NCBI RefSeq assembly: GCF_018350175.1
Contig: NC_058368.1
Coordinates: 3,286,001-3,350,000, forward strand
DNA: 64,000 nucleotides
From: Felis catus
Taxonomy: Eukaryota
Direction of reading: 5' to 3'
Position numbers and translations under genes: made by a program. Positions 47,222-59,959 of the stretch are shown here, in pieces (positions within the stretch are counted from its first letter, which is position 1; the number at the start of each line of letters is the position of its first letter). Below the pieces are notes generated by a model that saw nothing but the letters and a program-made list of their open reading frames with translations, had not been told where the DNA came from and did not search any database.

Positions 47222-47735
47222 TATACTTTAAATTTTTTTTAAAGAATATATATACAATGGACTATTACTCAGCCATATAAAAGAATGAGGTATCTTGCCA
47301 TCTGTGACATGGATGGACCTAGAGGGTATTATGCTAAGTGAAATAAGCCGGAGGATAAAAAGACGACTACCATGTGATTTCATTTATTTGTGGCACCTGA
47401 AAACCAAAACGAATGAACAAACAAAACCAGAAACAGACCCACAAACACAAAGAACAAACTGATGGCTGCCAGAGGGGAGACGTTGCAGGGGGAGGGATGA
47501 TGGGGGAAGGGGACTGAGAGGCACGGTCTTTTGGTTATGGAATGAATAAGTCACAGTGATGAAAGGTACAGCCTAAGGAACAGGGTTCTTGGTATTGTAA
47601 TAGTGTTGCATGGTGACATACGGTGGCTATGCTTGTGAGGAACATGGCACGATGTATAGAGATGTTAAATGTCCACGTTGTACACCAGAAACTAATGTAA
47701 CACGTATGTCAGTTCTACTTCAATAAGGAAAAGCA

Positions 47736-47950
47736 GGGGCACCTGGGTGGCTCAGGTCATGATCTCATGGGTCGCGAGTTCGAGCCCCGCGTCGGGTTCT
47801 GTGCCCACAGCTCGGAGCCCGGAGCCTGCTTCGGATTCTGTGTCTCCCTCTCTCTCTGCCCGTCCCCAGCTCACACTCTGTCTGTCTCTCTCGAAAATAA
47901 ATAAACATGAAAAAAGTAAAAAGATAACATTAAAAAGAAAAAGGAAAAAA
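47736..47950 (+). mobile_element. CAN-SINE with head deletion
   Basis: gggtggctcaggtcatgatc junction. Confidence 0.93.
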
Positions 47951-48084
47951 GAAAGACTGACAAAATCCAGTCATTTCTTTTATGATCTAGCAATTTAACT
48001 TCCCAATTTGTATCCAAGAGTAATGAGTGTGTAAGTCCATCAAAAACATGTACAAGATTTTTTATGGCATTTTTATCTCTTTAA

Positions 48085-48305
48085 TTTTTTTAAAAATGTT
48101 TATTTATTTTTGACAGAGAGAAAGAGAGCGAGACAGAGGACGAGAGGGGGAGGGGAAGAGAAAGAGAGGGAGACAGAATCTGAAACAGGCTCCAGGCTCT
48201 GAGCTGTGAGCACAGAGCCTGATGTGGGGCTCAAACTCAGGAACAGTGAGATCATGACGTGAGCCAAAATCAGATGGTCAACCGATGGAGCCACCCAAGC
48301 ACTCC
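48085..48305 (-). mobile_element. CAN-SINE
   Basis: Reverse consensus. Confidence 0.93.
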
Positions 48306-48318
48306 ATTTTTAAAAAAC

Positions 48319-48418
48319 TTTTTCATGTTTATTTATTTTTGAGAGAAAGAGAGAGACAGAGTGCCAGCAGGGAGGGGGAGAGAGAGAGATGGAGACAGAG
48401 AATCTGAAACAGGGGGGG
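48319..48418 (-). mobile_element. 5'-truncated CAN-SINE
   Basis: Only the tail, GA tract and cagagaatctgaaacag remain. Confidence 0.85.
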
Positions 48419-49118
48419 CATCTTTATCTCTAGTAACTTTATTCCTAACAACTGAAAGCCGAAACAAACCCAATGTCCTTCAACATGAGAAGGGGTGAAT
48501 AAAGTATATTTATATTACAGAATGCCACACAGCAACAAGATAGCAGACATTAATGTGGATGGATGTAAAAATATAAAGATGATTGAAACAATCCAAATAG
48601 AAAATTGTACATCATGTCCGATGCCATTTTAATGAAGTTCAAGGACAGGCAGGATAAACAGAGGGTACTAGAGGTTAAACCAAGTAACCTCTGGAAAAGT
48701 GCTACTGAGTGGGAAGGAGAGTTTGGAAACCCGCTTGAGTACAAGAAATTTTGTCTTTCTTCATCGGAGTGGCGGTTACACCTGCTAATTACCTCTAACG
48801 AGCCCTCAAGCTGTATACATTAGTGCATGTTACTGTAGGCATATTATACTGTAATATTTCTTTTGAAACAGAAAAGCGTGTTTTCAAAGCATGCGGAATC
48901 CAGAGTGACTAGGTACAGTGGGTATTCAGCTGGGGAGCGTAACTCTATACTGAAGAGATCACAAACTCGCCACCGATGTTGCTAGAGTGGGATACAGAAT
49001 CAGAATTCAAGGACAAACAAAATAAGTAGCGTCTAATTCTAAAATAACGATTCCTTGAATTTTATAGGTGTAGGTCGCAATTAGAATCCTTTTCAGGGCC
49101 TGTGAAAGGCAGCATTGT

Positions 49119-49337
49119 GGGGCGCTTGGGTGGCTCAGGCTGTTAAGTGTTAGACTTGATTTCTTCAGCTCAGGTCACGATCTCACGGTGGTGAGAGCGA
49201 ACCCTGCCGTGGGCTGCACACTGGACAGAGAGCCTCCTTAAGATTATCTGTCTCTCTTGCTCTCTCTCCTCTCTCTCTCCCTCTGCCCCTCCCCCACACG
49301 TTCTCTCTCTCCCTCCCTCTCTCTCTCTCTCAAAAAA
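49119..49337 (+). mobile_element. Older CAN-SINE
   Basis: Head and CT tract; TSD aaaggcagcattg/aagggcaggattg. Confidence 0.92.
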
Positions 49338-50083
49338 GGGCAGGATTGCAATTGGTGTCCAAGGCTATGTTTGCCTTAATGCCTACGTGACTTTAAAATA
49401 GCAACTTTCTTATAAAACTTAGAGTGTTCCACACACAACACAGTACTAGTGTGGGGTCAAAACATGTGGACAGCAAGGCCTCTTGTGAACTCTCTAATCC
49501 TACTAAAAAAACGAAGATTATTACTATTATTATTTGACCGGAACTGATGTTGCAATGTGTGATGAGGACAAAGATCCAAGTTTAAAATAAAGGAAAGAGT
49601 TTAGGGAGCAAGGGACCTTTGAGAATTCTGACGTGAGAGTTCCTATTTATTTTTAGCTACCGTAACATCCCAGGAGAAGCACTTATCAATTATTATAGAG
49701 CTCTTTTGATACCACAGAATCATATGTATTTGGGGTTAGGTAATACCCATATATATATACATATATATATATATTTTACTGGGATATATTATATCCTAAC
49801 GTGGCATTAAGAAGCAGATAGTTAATAGGTTGGTTTTACCCACATTAAAAAGAAATGTTCACACTGGAAAAGTGGAAAAAATCAGCAAATGAGATACTTA
49901 GTGTTTTTATTTTTGTTTTGTTTTGTTTCCATCTTTGTTGAGATATAGTTGATACACGACATTACATTTTGTGGGTGTAAGGTGTGCAATGTGTTGACTT
50001 AATACACTTAATGTATTGCAAAATGAATACCATCTTTGCAGAAGTTAACGGCTCTATCTCGTCATGTAATTACCATTTCTTTC

Positions 50084-50305
50084 TTTTTTTTAAGTTTACT
50101 TATTTATTTTGAGAGAGAGAGAGGGAGCAGGGGATGGGCAGAGAGAGGGAGAGAGAGAGAGCGAGAATCCCAAGTAGTCTCTGCTCTCCAAGCGTGGAGC
50201 CCAATGCAGGGCTCAAACCCACGAATCACAAGATCACATGAGATCAGGACCTGAGTCAAAACCAAGAATCAGACGCGTAACTGACTAAGACACCCAGGTT
50301 CCCCC
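50084..50305 (-). mobile_element. CAN-SINE
   Basis: Reverse consensus. Confidence 0.92.
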
Positions 50306-50740
50306 TACTATTTCTTTTTTGCAGACAGAATATTTAAGATTTACTTCTTTTGCTACTTTTAGGTATATAATTCAGAATAATTAACTGTAATCATCAAGCT
50401 ATGCATTAGATCTCCAGAAATTATTCTTCTTATAACTGGACGCTTATGGTCTTTGATCAACACATCCTATTTCTTTCACCCTCCAACCTTGGCGACCAGC
50501 TTTCTAGTCCCCGTCTTTAGGAGTTCAGCTTTTGTTAGATTCCACACACCAGTGATAACATCCAGTATTTGTCTGTCTGTCTCTGATTTATTTCACCTCG
50601 CGTGATGCCCATAGGTCATTCCATGTTTCCATACACGTTCAGATTTTCTTCTTCCTTATGGCTGAATAATATTACATTGTGCATATAAACCACATCTTCT
50701 TTATTCATCCATTTACAGATACTTAGGTATCTTTAAAAAA

Positions 50741-50946
50741 TTTTTTTTAATGTTTATTTATTTTTCAGAGAGAGAGAGCGTGAGCAGGGGAGGAGCAGAG
50801 GAAGAGGGACACACAGCATCCCAAGCAGGCTCCAGGCTCTGAGCTGTCAGCAAAGAGCCCAACGCAGGGCTTGGACTCACAGACCCCGAGATCATGACCT
50901 GAGCTGAAGTCGGACGCCCAACCGACTAAGCCACCCAGGCGCCCCC
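50741..50946 (-). mobile_element. CAN-SINE (SINEC_Fc)
   Basis: Reverse consensus. Confidence 0.95.
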
Positions 50947-51440
50947 GGTTGCTTATACATCTTGGCTGTTAGTAAGGCTGCAACATTGGGAGTGCAGATA
51001 TCTCTTCAAGATCTTGTTTCCATTTCGTCTGTATATATACCCAAAATTAGGATCTCTGGATCATATGGTACTTCTGTTTTTAACATTGCGAGGCATCTCA
51101 GTATTGTTTTCCATAGTGGCCACTCTGGTTTACATTCCCACTGACAGCACACAATGGTTTCCTTTTCTCAACATGCTTGTTATCTCTTACCCTTTGAGAA
51201 GCTCAATAAATGCCAAGCAAGATAAAGGCAAAAAAACAAAACCAGAAAACAAAACATACCAAGACATCATAATGAATGTGCTGTAAACCAACAATGAAGT
51301 GCATATCATTAACGCAGGCTGTTTCACACAACGATTCATTTCATGCAAGTAAGCAAAGGTAAGAATGACTGCTGATCTCATGAGAAACCATGCGATGTGC
51401 AAGAACTGAATAACATCCTTAACATGAAAATAAAAATGAC

Positions 51441-51673
51441 AGGCGTGTGCCTGGGTGGCTCAGTCAGTTGGGCGTCCAACTTTGGCTCAGGTCTTGATCT
51501 CACTGCTCCTGAGTTCAAGCCCCACTTCAGGCTCTTTGCTGACAGCTCAGAGTCTGGAAGCTGTCTCCCTCTCTCTGGTCCTCCCCTGCCTGTGCTCTCT
51601 CTCTCAAATATAAAAATAAATAAAATAAAATAAAATAAAATAAAATAAAATAAAATAAAATAAAATAAAATAA
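51441..51673 (+). mobile_element. CAN-SINE with (TAAAA)n tail
   Basis: TSD aacatgaaaataaaaatraca. Confidence 0.93.
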
Positions 51674-52131
51674 ACATGAAAATAAAAATAACAAAAGAAT
51701 TGTCAACCAGTAAATTTAAATGTAACAAAATTATTAAAAAACAGAAAAATAAAGATATTTCCCAATAAACAATATCTTAATAAAGTTGTCACTGGTGTTT
51801 CTTTAAAGATCTATAAGACATCTTTAAAGAATTTCTTCTAGATTAAGGAAAATAATTCCAAGTAAACCACAAAGGCATGCAAAAGAATGAACACAACCAG
51901 AAATGGTATATATGCGAGAAAATAAGCAAGGCTTATTTTTTTTCTGTTTTTTTAAGCCTTTTAAAAGATAATCAACTATTTACAGCAGAAATAAGTATGC
52001 TCTGCATGATCATTACCATTTGTGGGAGTCAAATATAGGCAAAGGAAAAGTCAACCTCCAGATTTTCAGATTCAGTAGACATGAAGTGGGGACTGAGAAT
52101 TTGTATTTTTAGCAAGTTCTTTTTGAAAAAA

Positions 52132-52350
52132 TTTTAATGTTTATTTATTTTTGAGAGAGACAGAGAGCGAGAGGGGGAGGGCAGAGAGAGAGAGAGAGAG
52201 AGGGAGACACAGAATCCGAAGCAGGCTCCAGGCTCTGGGCTGTCAGAGCCCAGAGCCCGACATGGGGCTCGAACCCATGAACCCACAAACTGTACGATCA
52301 TGACCTGAGCTGCGGTCAGACCCTTAACCAACTGAGCCACCAAGGCACCC
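52132..52350 (-). mobile_element. CAN-SINE inside a MER5A-like element (about 52055-52416)
   Basis: Reverse consensus; flanks gattcagtag...gaatttgtatttttagcaagttc and caggtgatgctaatgctg. Confidence 0.92.
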
Positions 52351-52787
52351 TTATTTTTAACAAGTTCTCAGGTGATGCTAATGCTGTTTGCCAGAGACCG
52401 GTTTTTGATAACCATTGATTTATAGATTTATCATTATCCCTATATAAATCTCAGCAAGCTTTTTCAAAAATAAATTGACAAACTAATTCTAAAGAGTTTA
52501 TGAAAATTTAAAGAACATGGAATTGCCAAAATATTCTTGAAAAAATATAACAAAATTGGAGGACTTACACATTACCTGATTTCAAGATGTATAATGTAGC
52601 TACAAGAATCATGACGTGATGATATTTCTGTAAGGACAAGCATATAGAAACAGAAAATAAGTTCCAAAAATGGAAATTTGCATAGATAGGGTCAATACAT
52701 TTTTAACAGACTTTGTCAACATAATTCAATAAGGGGGGAAAAAGCCTTTTAGACAAACATTGGTAAAACAACCAGAGATATTTACAT

Positions 52788-52846
52788 ATGTGTGTGTGTG
52801 TCTGTCTGTATACACACACACACACACACGTACACACATACACGTA

Positions 52847-52877
<31 letters not shown>
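52788..52877. repeat. (TG)n/(CA)n compound microsatellite
   Basis: Direct reading. Confidence 0.9.
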
Positions 52878-52957
52878 GTTTATATCCATATATGGAATTG
52901 AACCTTAATCCTTAAAATCACACCAGAAATTAAATAAGCTTGAAAGGTCACAAGTCT

Positions 52958-53192
52958 AGGGTTGCCTGGATGGTTCGGTTGGTTAAGCATCCAAGTCTCG
53001 ATTTCAGCTCAGGTCATGAGCTCAGGGTCTTGACATTAAGCCCTGTGTTGGGTTCCAAGCTGGTCATGGAGCTGCTTCTGAAGATGAGATTCTCTCCCTC
53101 CCTCCTCCTCTCCCCCTCCCCTGCTTCTTACACTTTCACTCTCTCTCTCTCTCAAAAAAAAAAAAGTAAAAAGAAAAGAGAAGAAAAGAAAA
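52958..53192 (+). mobile_element. Older CAN-SINE
   Basis: Head and CT tract; TSD gtcacargtcta. Confidence 0.9.
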
Positions 53193-54639
53193 GTCACAGG
53201 TCTAAATATAAAAGATGAAACTACAAAAGTTCTAGAAAATAAAGGAGAAAATATGGATGATATTAGTGTAGACAAAAAACAAATCATGAAAGAAAAAAAC
53301 ATATACAGTAGATTGCAACAAAATGAAAAAAATTCGCTCCTCAGAAGACACAGTTAAGACAACGAAAAGGCAAGTTAATGAAGGGAGAAAATAATCTCAA
53401 TTCCAATATTTGATAAAGGACCATTATCTAGAATAAATAACTAACACATCAATAATAAGATGGCAACAAAGCTTGAACAGACCCTTCTTGAAAAAGACAA
53501 GCAAGTGGCAATGTACGTGGAAGAAAAAAAGTTCAGAATTACTCGTCATCAGGGAATTATAAACTAAAATCCCAGTCATATACCGTTACATGCCACGTAG
53601 AATAGTTAACATTCAAAAGACGAGCAATACCAAGGTTTGGTGAGTATGTAGAATGACTAGAACTCACCTCCCGCACGGCTGGTGGGAACGTAAATGACAC
53701 CATGACTTTGTATTGCTTTTTGGAAGTTTCTTGAAAATTAAATGAACACATACCATATACGACACGACAATCCTACACATAGGCACCTACCTCGCAGAAA
53801 TGAAGACACACTCGCACAAAAATGCTTGTCTACGGATGTTCATAAAGACTCTATGAATAGATGCAGTTGGAAACAAGCCAGCTGGAAATAAGTTCAACGT
53901 CGATCAACTGGAGAAGAGATGAACAAGGTGCGTCGTAGTCACGCAGGGTGCGTCAAGTCACGTCGTAGTCACTCAAGAACGTAACAACATCATGGAGGTC
54001 AAAAACATCAGGCTGAGCGAGCAGGCCCAAACAGAAACAACTTACAAATCCTCTACCGTTCTGTTTATCTAAAACTCTAGGAAAAACATTGAACTTTTAG
54101 CGATGGAAGCTAGATTAGTCATTGTCTGAGGCCATGGATGAGGGAGAAATTGACTATTAGGAGATGACGGATCTTTTGGTACTGATGGAAAAGTTCTACA
54201 GCCTGATTTGCACGCTGGTTACACGGGGACACACGTTTGTCAAACGGACTTCATTTTCTGTTGACAGTGGCTGTATTATATTGTAGGTAAGGTGTATCTC
54301 CCCACAGAGGATTTTAAAAGACATTGGACAAAGGGGAGTTCGGGATTACCTCTATTACATAAGACAAATACTGTAACATTCTTTTTTGACAAACTATCTT
54401 ATTTACAATGTTTTTAGATGATTAAACGTAGTACTATACCTTGAGGAATCTGTTCAATTTCTAATGACCTATATTTTTAGCCTCTTAAAATCTATAATGT
54501 GCATCATTAGCTGTGGATATTTGAAGATAGATTTTTTTGTGTTAGTAATTTGCACATGAAATAATATGTATATATTTGTAACATTACACACAATCAAGTT
54601 TTTACAGTTGTAAGTATGTTAATATTGTCTCATTATGCA

Positions 54640-55130
54640 AGTATAGAATACCACCTAATCCATATTTTGATAATATTTGATCTCCAGCAAAGTATCCAAT
54701 AACAATGGCTTCCTGTGACAAAATTTTTATGATTTTGTCTAATCTTTTTGCAGCAAGAATGCAATGATCATTAATAATTCTAATCCAAAGGCAAAAAAAA
54801 AACAGTCTAAAGAAAGGACCAAATTGTTCTCTGTCACTATGATGTTCTTGGGTTTTGGGGGTTTTTTTGTTTCGATTTTATTTTGCCTTGGTTAAATGAA
54901 AATGGTTGATGGATTTTAATTTCATTTTATCCCTTTAATTCTACAGTAAATAATTAATCTTTTATGATGAAATGTAGTCATGTTTAATAATTCTGTCATT
55001 GTCTTTCATTGTAGCCCTGACTCTTAAGACCTTTTGATCCTTAGATTAGGCTTTAGCAAATTTTCTTTCGACGTGCAGACAGACATCTTTCATCAGATGT
55101 AGGATTAACCAGGATTAGCAATCTTGCAGA
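54640..55130. promoter_or_regulatory. Candidate K50-homeodomain enhancer
   Basis: Seven TAATCC/TAATCT sites in about 460 bp of non-repeat DNA. Confidence 0.4.
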
Positions 55131-56426
55131 GACAGGGACACCCAGGACTCTATTTTCTGCAATGATCCTTTTTCTGTGGGTTGCAAGGAGATGTAATGAA
55201 CTACGGTGAGCTCTTCAACGTATGATTTATTTAAAATGGAAGAGACTAGAGAACACGGGGGTGGGGAAGAAAACTGTGAAAACATTTTTTAAGACCTAAA
55301 ATGTAAAACTAGACTCCTGAACTTTGAAGGAAGTAAAAATATTGCATGAAGTGGGAAGAGAGATGGGGAGAAATAGTATCTTTTATGAAGACATCACTGC
55401 CACATTTTGCTTTCATGGGGCCTCTTGTCGCTCATACAATTCTCCAGAATGAATTGTGAGAGACAGTACACTTGAGGCCGAACGAGTTCTCTAAGATTTC
55501 CCAGGAACTCTCAGGAAAGAGGTGTGCAAGGCAATCCTTCCTTTAAATAATTAGCAAATTAATCTTGTAAATGGAGTAGGATCTTTCACAGCTCTTGTTT
55601 CTGGAGGGGCAAAAGCCTCTATATTTTATACTACTTTTGGGGGGAGAGTAAAGAAGTCATTCCCAAACTTCCAACATCTTGATGTTATCCAGTTTCCCAA
55701 ATATTAGCATCGCTACGGTTTAAGCAGCATGGTGCTGGTGTATGTACATGGTAGGCACACAGGCACGCACACACGGACATGCACACACAGACACAATATG
55801 GCTCAACAGCAGAGACTCAGTAATCCAGACAGAAACCCCATAATTAAAGCTTGCGGGGCATCTCCACTCATGGCACTTTTGGGTTCCATGAACAAATCAA
55901 GTTATGACAGGAGTCAAGGTGGGAAAGCAATCAGTCTCTGAAGAGACACCATTTCCTGCTTGGGCTGAAGGTTGTCTCCATATAGGCAATTTGGACAAAG
56001 ATGTGCTTAGGTTACAAGGAAGACCATCGTTACAAACTCTTCCCCTAATTTACTCCAATCCAATCCAATCCAATGGCATGGACATCTACATTATCAACAG
56101 GATGGGGAGGGGGGATATCTGTGATGAATGAAGGAAACACGTCAGAAATTATAGGATAACTCAGCTTGCGAATATGGTCCTCTCTCTCCTCCATCAGTTC
56201 TTGGCTCTCTATTAGCTCATTCCTGTTGGCGTGTAATTTAAAGAAATTCTCTTACACCTGTTTTTGGTGCCAGGTTAAGACTCCATTTGGCTCTTCCCCT
56301 TTACGGCAAAATGCATTCATACATACTTGCGTAGGTACGTAAATGGAAGGGTAGCGTTTTACATTCTCAAACCAAACTGTCTATATTCTAACCTCCCATG
56401 TCTTCTCTCTTTGTCCCTCCTTTGTC

Positions 56427-56642
56427 TTTTTTTAAAAAGTGTATTTACTTTGAGAGAGAGAGAGAAAGAGAGAGAGCAAGCAGGTGAGGGGCAGAGAGAG
56501 AGGGAGAGACGCAATCCTTAAGCAGGCTCCTTGCTGTCAGCCTGGAGCCCAACGTGGGGTTCAAACTCACGGACCAGGAGATCCTGACCTGAGCCAAAAT
56601 CAAGAGTCAGATGCTCAACCAACTGAGCCACCCAGGCACCCC
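56427..56642 (-). mobile_element. CAN-SINE
   Basis: Reverse consensus. Confidence 0.92.
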
Positions 56643-56650
56643 AATTTTCC

Positions 56651-56846
56651 TTTTTTTAAGTTTATTTATGTATTTTGAGCACAGCCACATGTGAGCGAGG
56701 GAGGGACAGAGAGGGAGAGAGAATCCTAAGCAGTCTCCGTGGTATCAGCACAGAGCCGGACGTGGGGCTCTCACAAACTGTGAGATTGTGACCTGAGCTG
56801 AGATTGGGAGTCAGACACTGAACCGACTGAGCCACCCAGGTGCCCC
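56651..56846 (-). mobile_element. CAN-SINE
   Basis: Reverse consensus. Confidence 0.92.
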
Positions 56847-57258
56847 TCCTGTATTTGCTTTCAAGCAACAAAAATTTTATTTTAACTGGCTTCGAAGCTA
56901 AATATTTATTGCACAAAACTTTACAGATTGCAGTGTTTATAGACCACTCCGGCTTTTGAGAGCAATTAAGTCAGCCCATGCAAAACTACCACACGAATGA
57001 GCCAAGTACAGGCACGTTTGCATCTCGTTCCCCTGTTGGTATAGAATGGGAGAGAGCCGGTTCTTAGGATAAGCCCCAGGGACATAAGAAAGTAGATTTT
57101 GTTTGCATCCTGCTTCAAACACATTGATTTTTTAAAATGACACTTGCATACGGAGTTACATTAGGTAATATTTTTGTTCGACGTTAAAATGGTAGGGCGG
57201 CTGTGCTAAACAAAATTTAAGTACCTTCTCAGGGAATTTATGAGTGAATACAATGACG

Positions 57259-57291
57259 CTTTATTTTTTTAAGTTTATTTATTTATTTTGA

Positions 57292-57327
<36 letters not shown>

Positions 57328-57494
57328 ACTAGTGGGGGAGGGGCAGAGAGAGAGGAAGAGAGAGAGAATCTGAAGCCGGCTCTGCACTGTCAGCACAGAG
57401 CCCGATGCGGGGCTCAAACTCAGGAACCGCGAGATCATGACCTGAACCGGCACCAAGTTAGACGCTTAACCGACTGAACCTCCCAGGTGCCCCC
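57259..57494 (-). mobile_element. CAN-SINE
   Basis: Reverse consensus; TSD aatgaygcttt. Confidence 0.95.
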
Positions 57495-58449
57495 AAATGA
57501 TGCTTTATAATCCTTTAGGGAAAACTGTTTAGCAACATGGATAAAATGAAATTAGGAAAATATTGGCAGTTGATGAATGTTGGTAATAGAAATACGCGAA
57601 TTCGCTCTAAGTTCTACTTTGTTGTATGTTTGAAAAATCCTAATAAAAATTAATCTTATTAATGTAAGAATAAATAACATACTATTTTTCCTCCATATAT
57701 TCAATATCAGTAAAAGTTCAAATATACACTTACTAATGAATAACTGAATTCCTACTCAGCAGTCAGTAGTCCGTCCTACAAGGAACAGAAAATGCCTATT
57801 TATGCGAGGATTTCAAGTTGGCCATACATTGTTCAATATGGTACATATATACTAAAAATAGAGACTAGGAAACTAAATGCCTAACATGATATGATTGTTT
57901 TTGAAGCAACTTTTGGTATCTGACTTAGCCACAGAAGAATTTTAACATGTGAAATATATACTTTAAATGAAATTGAAATTATACATAGCATAACATTTTA
58001 TGTATGTTTGCATGAAGTCTTAGTTAAATCTGCATATTTTTAAAAAGACTGGATATGAAACAGAATTCTCATTCAGCAACAGAAACTACATAACGCCTGT
58101 TATTTTTCAAAAGGCCCAAGAAAACTCTTCATTAAATTTCTCTAAGACTAAATTATATTTCAGCTAGTCATAAATAAGGTATTTATTGATTAAATGATAA
58201 AGCAAAGCCAATTTACTACCAGATTATTTCATGATACTCACAGGCATTCGGTAAGATTTGTATATCCCCCCACCCCAAAAATGGAGGGAATCAATTAAAT
58301 TCCCAGTAGGAATCATAGGTGTGAACTTTATTTGTGAAATATGCCTATCAAATTATATTTCACTCAAAGGATTAATATTAAAAGATGAGATTTGTTTTAG
58401 ATTTATAATTTCTCATCCTCGAAAGAACTCATCCTTATGTCCTAGACAT

Positions 58450-59009
58450 AAGGACAATGTCTAATAAACATATAATGCAAGCTACAAATGTAAGTTTCAA
58501 TTTTTTTGGTGTCCACATTACAAAGGGAGTGAAAGGAAACCGGCAAAATTAATTTTAAAAGCGTATTTTATACAGTTCAATGTATCCAAAAGACAATTTC
58601 AGGACAAAATCGATCTAAAACATTTTAATGAACCTAACTTACTTTTTGTTACTCATATTGAGGTTATGAAATCTATTCTTTTTAATACATAAATCTATTT
58701 ATTTAATAGGTAAATAAATAAGTCTACTTATTTTTTCCATTTATTTTTTCTATTTATTCAATAGATAAATAAATCTATTTTTTCTATAAATCTATTGTTT
58801 AAATTTTTATTTGAATTTTAGTGAGTTAACATGCAGCGCAATATTAGTTTCTCAACACTTCCATACATCACCCAGTGTTCATCACAACAGGTGCCCTCCT
58901 TAATCCCCATCATCTAGTTCACCCAGCCCCCCCACCCCCATCCAGGCTGGTAGCCATCAGATTGTTCTCTATAGTTACAGGCCTATTTCTTGGTTTGCCT
59001 CTCTCTCTG

Positions 59010-59040
<31 letters not shown>

Positions 59041-59345
59041 TTTCCTCTTTGCTCAATCTAGTGTGCACTTCGTGCTTATAGGACATTCCAATTTGAGTGC
59101 TAAATTTTCACTGGAAATGTTTGAGCCACATTTTAAGCCCATAAAATTTATAGTTGAAAAAGTAGATTCATAGACTCACGTTGTTCCAAAGGTACCTAAA
59201 GTTTTCTATAACTTCACAGAGTGCCACTTTTTAAATTTCAGTGAAAACTAATCAATTACAATTATAGTTCCTCATTCTCACTAGCTGCAGTTCAAGCGTT
59301 TTGTAGTTACACGTCACCAGTAGCTGCCGAACTTATCCGCGCAGG
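58450..59345. mobile_element. Charlie1/MER33-family hAT element interrupted by a carnivore L1 piece
   Basis: tctaataaacatataatgcaagctacaaatgtaa...; gctaaattttcactggaaatgtttga...tagttcctcattctcactagc. Confidence 0.75.
58675..59057 (-). mobile_element. Carnivore L1 3'-end fragment
   Basis: catcacccagtgttcatcacaacaggtgccctccttaatccccatc...ccatcagattgttctctatagtt; TSD aatcta. Confidence 0.85.
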
Positions 59346-59959
59346 CCTGCAGTCTTTCGGCACAAGCAGTTCAGGCATTGAAAGTGAAGAAGACTGAGTG
59401 ATACCCATTTGGACTGTATATTTTAAAAGGGGGAAAAAATGAGGAAAATAAAAGTATTTCGGACTTTATCCCCCCCTCCCCAGAAAACAGCAAGGCACAA
59501 TTTAATTATTTTCGCTTTTATATATTAGCCACAGATAAAGTAAAAACTTCAAAGTCGGTCTAGTATTCACCATTATACTTTTAAAAAGTTTATTATCCCT
59601 TTGAGTATAAAATATTTGCTTTTGGATAAACAAACTTTGTAGTTATTTCGTTTAAAGATACAAAAATGTCCTAATAATAAATAGCCTGGATCTTTGCAAT
59701 TTTATTTCCAAGCCCTGGGCTGTGGGCTTATTGCAGGCTATAAAAACTGATATGGGGTAACTTTGAGCCACAGATGTCCTGCTAACTACAATTCCAGTGA
59801 CATTTAGATCTACGCGTTGCCAATGGAAATTTATTAGTTTTCCTCCACAAGCATCATAACATGGATTTGCACTGCACCTAGGTTATTTATATCCCTGAAT
59901 TACAGGGATATAATATGGTTTTTAACCCAAATAATTTATTTCAGTATGATCACACAAAG

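Larger units (their letters stand above)
46710..47725 (+). mobile_element. L1MA/carnivore L1 3' fragment interrupted by two SINEs
   Basis: cacaatagtcaagatatggaaacaaactaagtgtccatcaatggat; catggatggacctagagggtattatgctaagtgaaataag. Confidence 0.9.
47980..48860 (+). mobile_element. Old L1M 3' fragments
   Basis: tatgatctagcaatttaacttccc...tatccaagag; aaacaaacccaatgtccttcaaca. Confidence 0.65.
49930..51190 (-). mobile_element. L1MA-type 3' fragment interrupted by two SINEs
   Basis: gttgagatatagttga; ttagattccacacaccagtgataacatccagtatttgtct; ggctgaataatattacattgt. Confidence 0.88.
51200..54300 (+). mobile_element. Decayed L1M (ORF1, ORF2 and 3' pieces) with SINE and MER5 insertions
   Basis: aaattgacaaactaattctaaa, ggaggacttacacattacctgatttcaag, aataccaaggtttggtgagtatgtaga. 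Confidence 0.8.
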
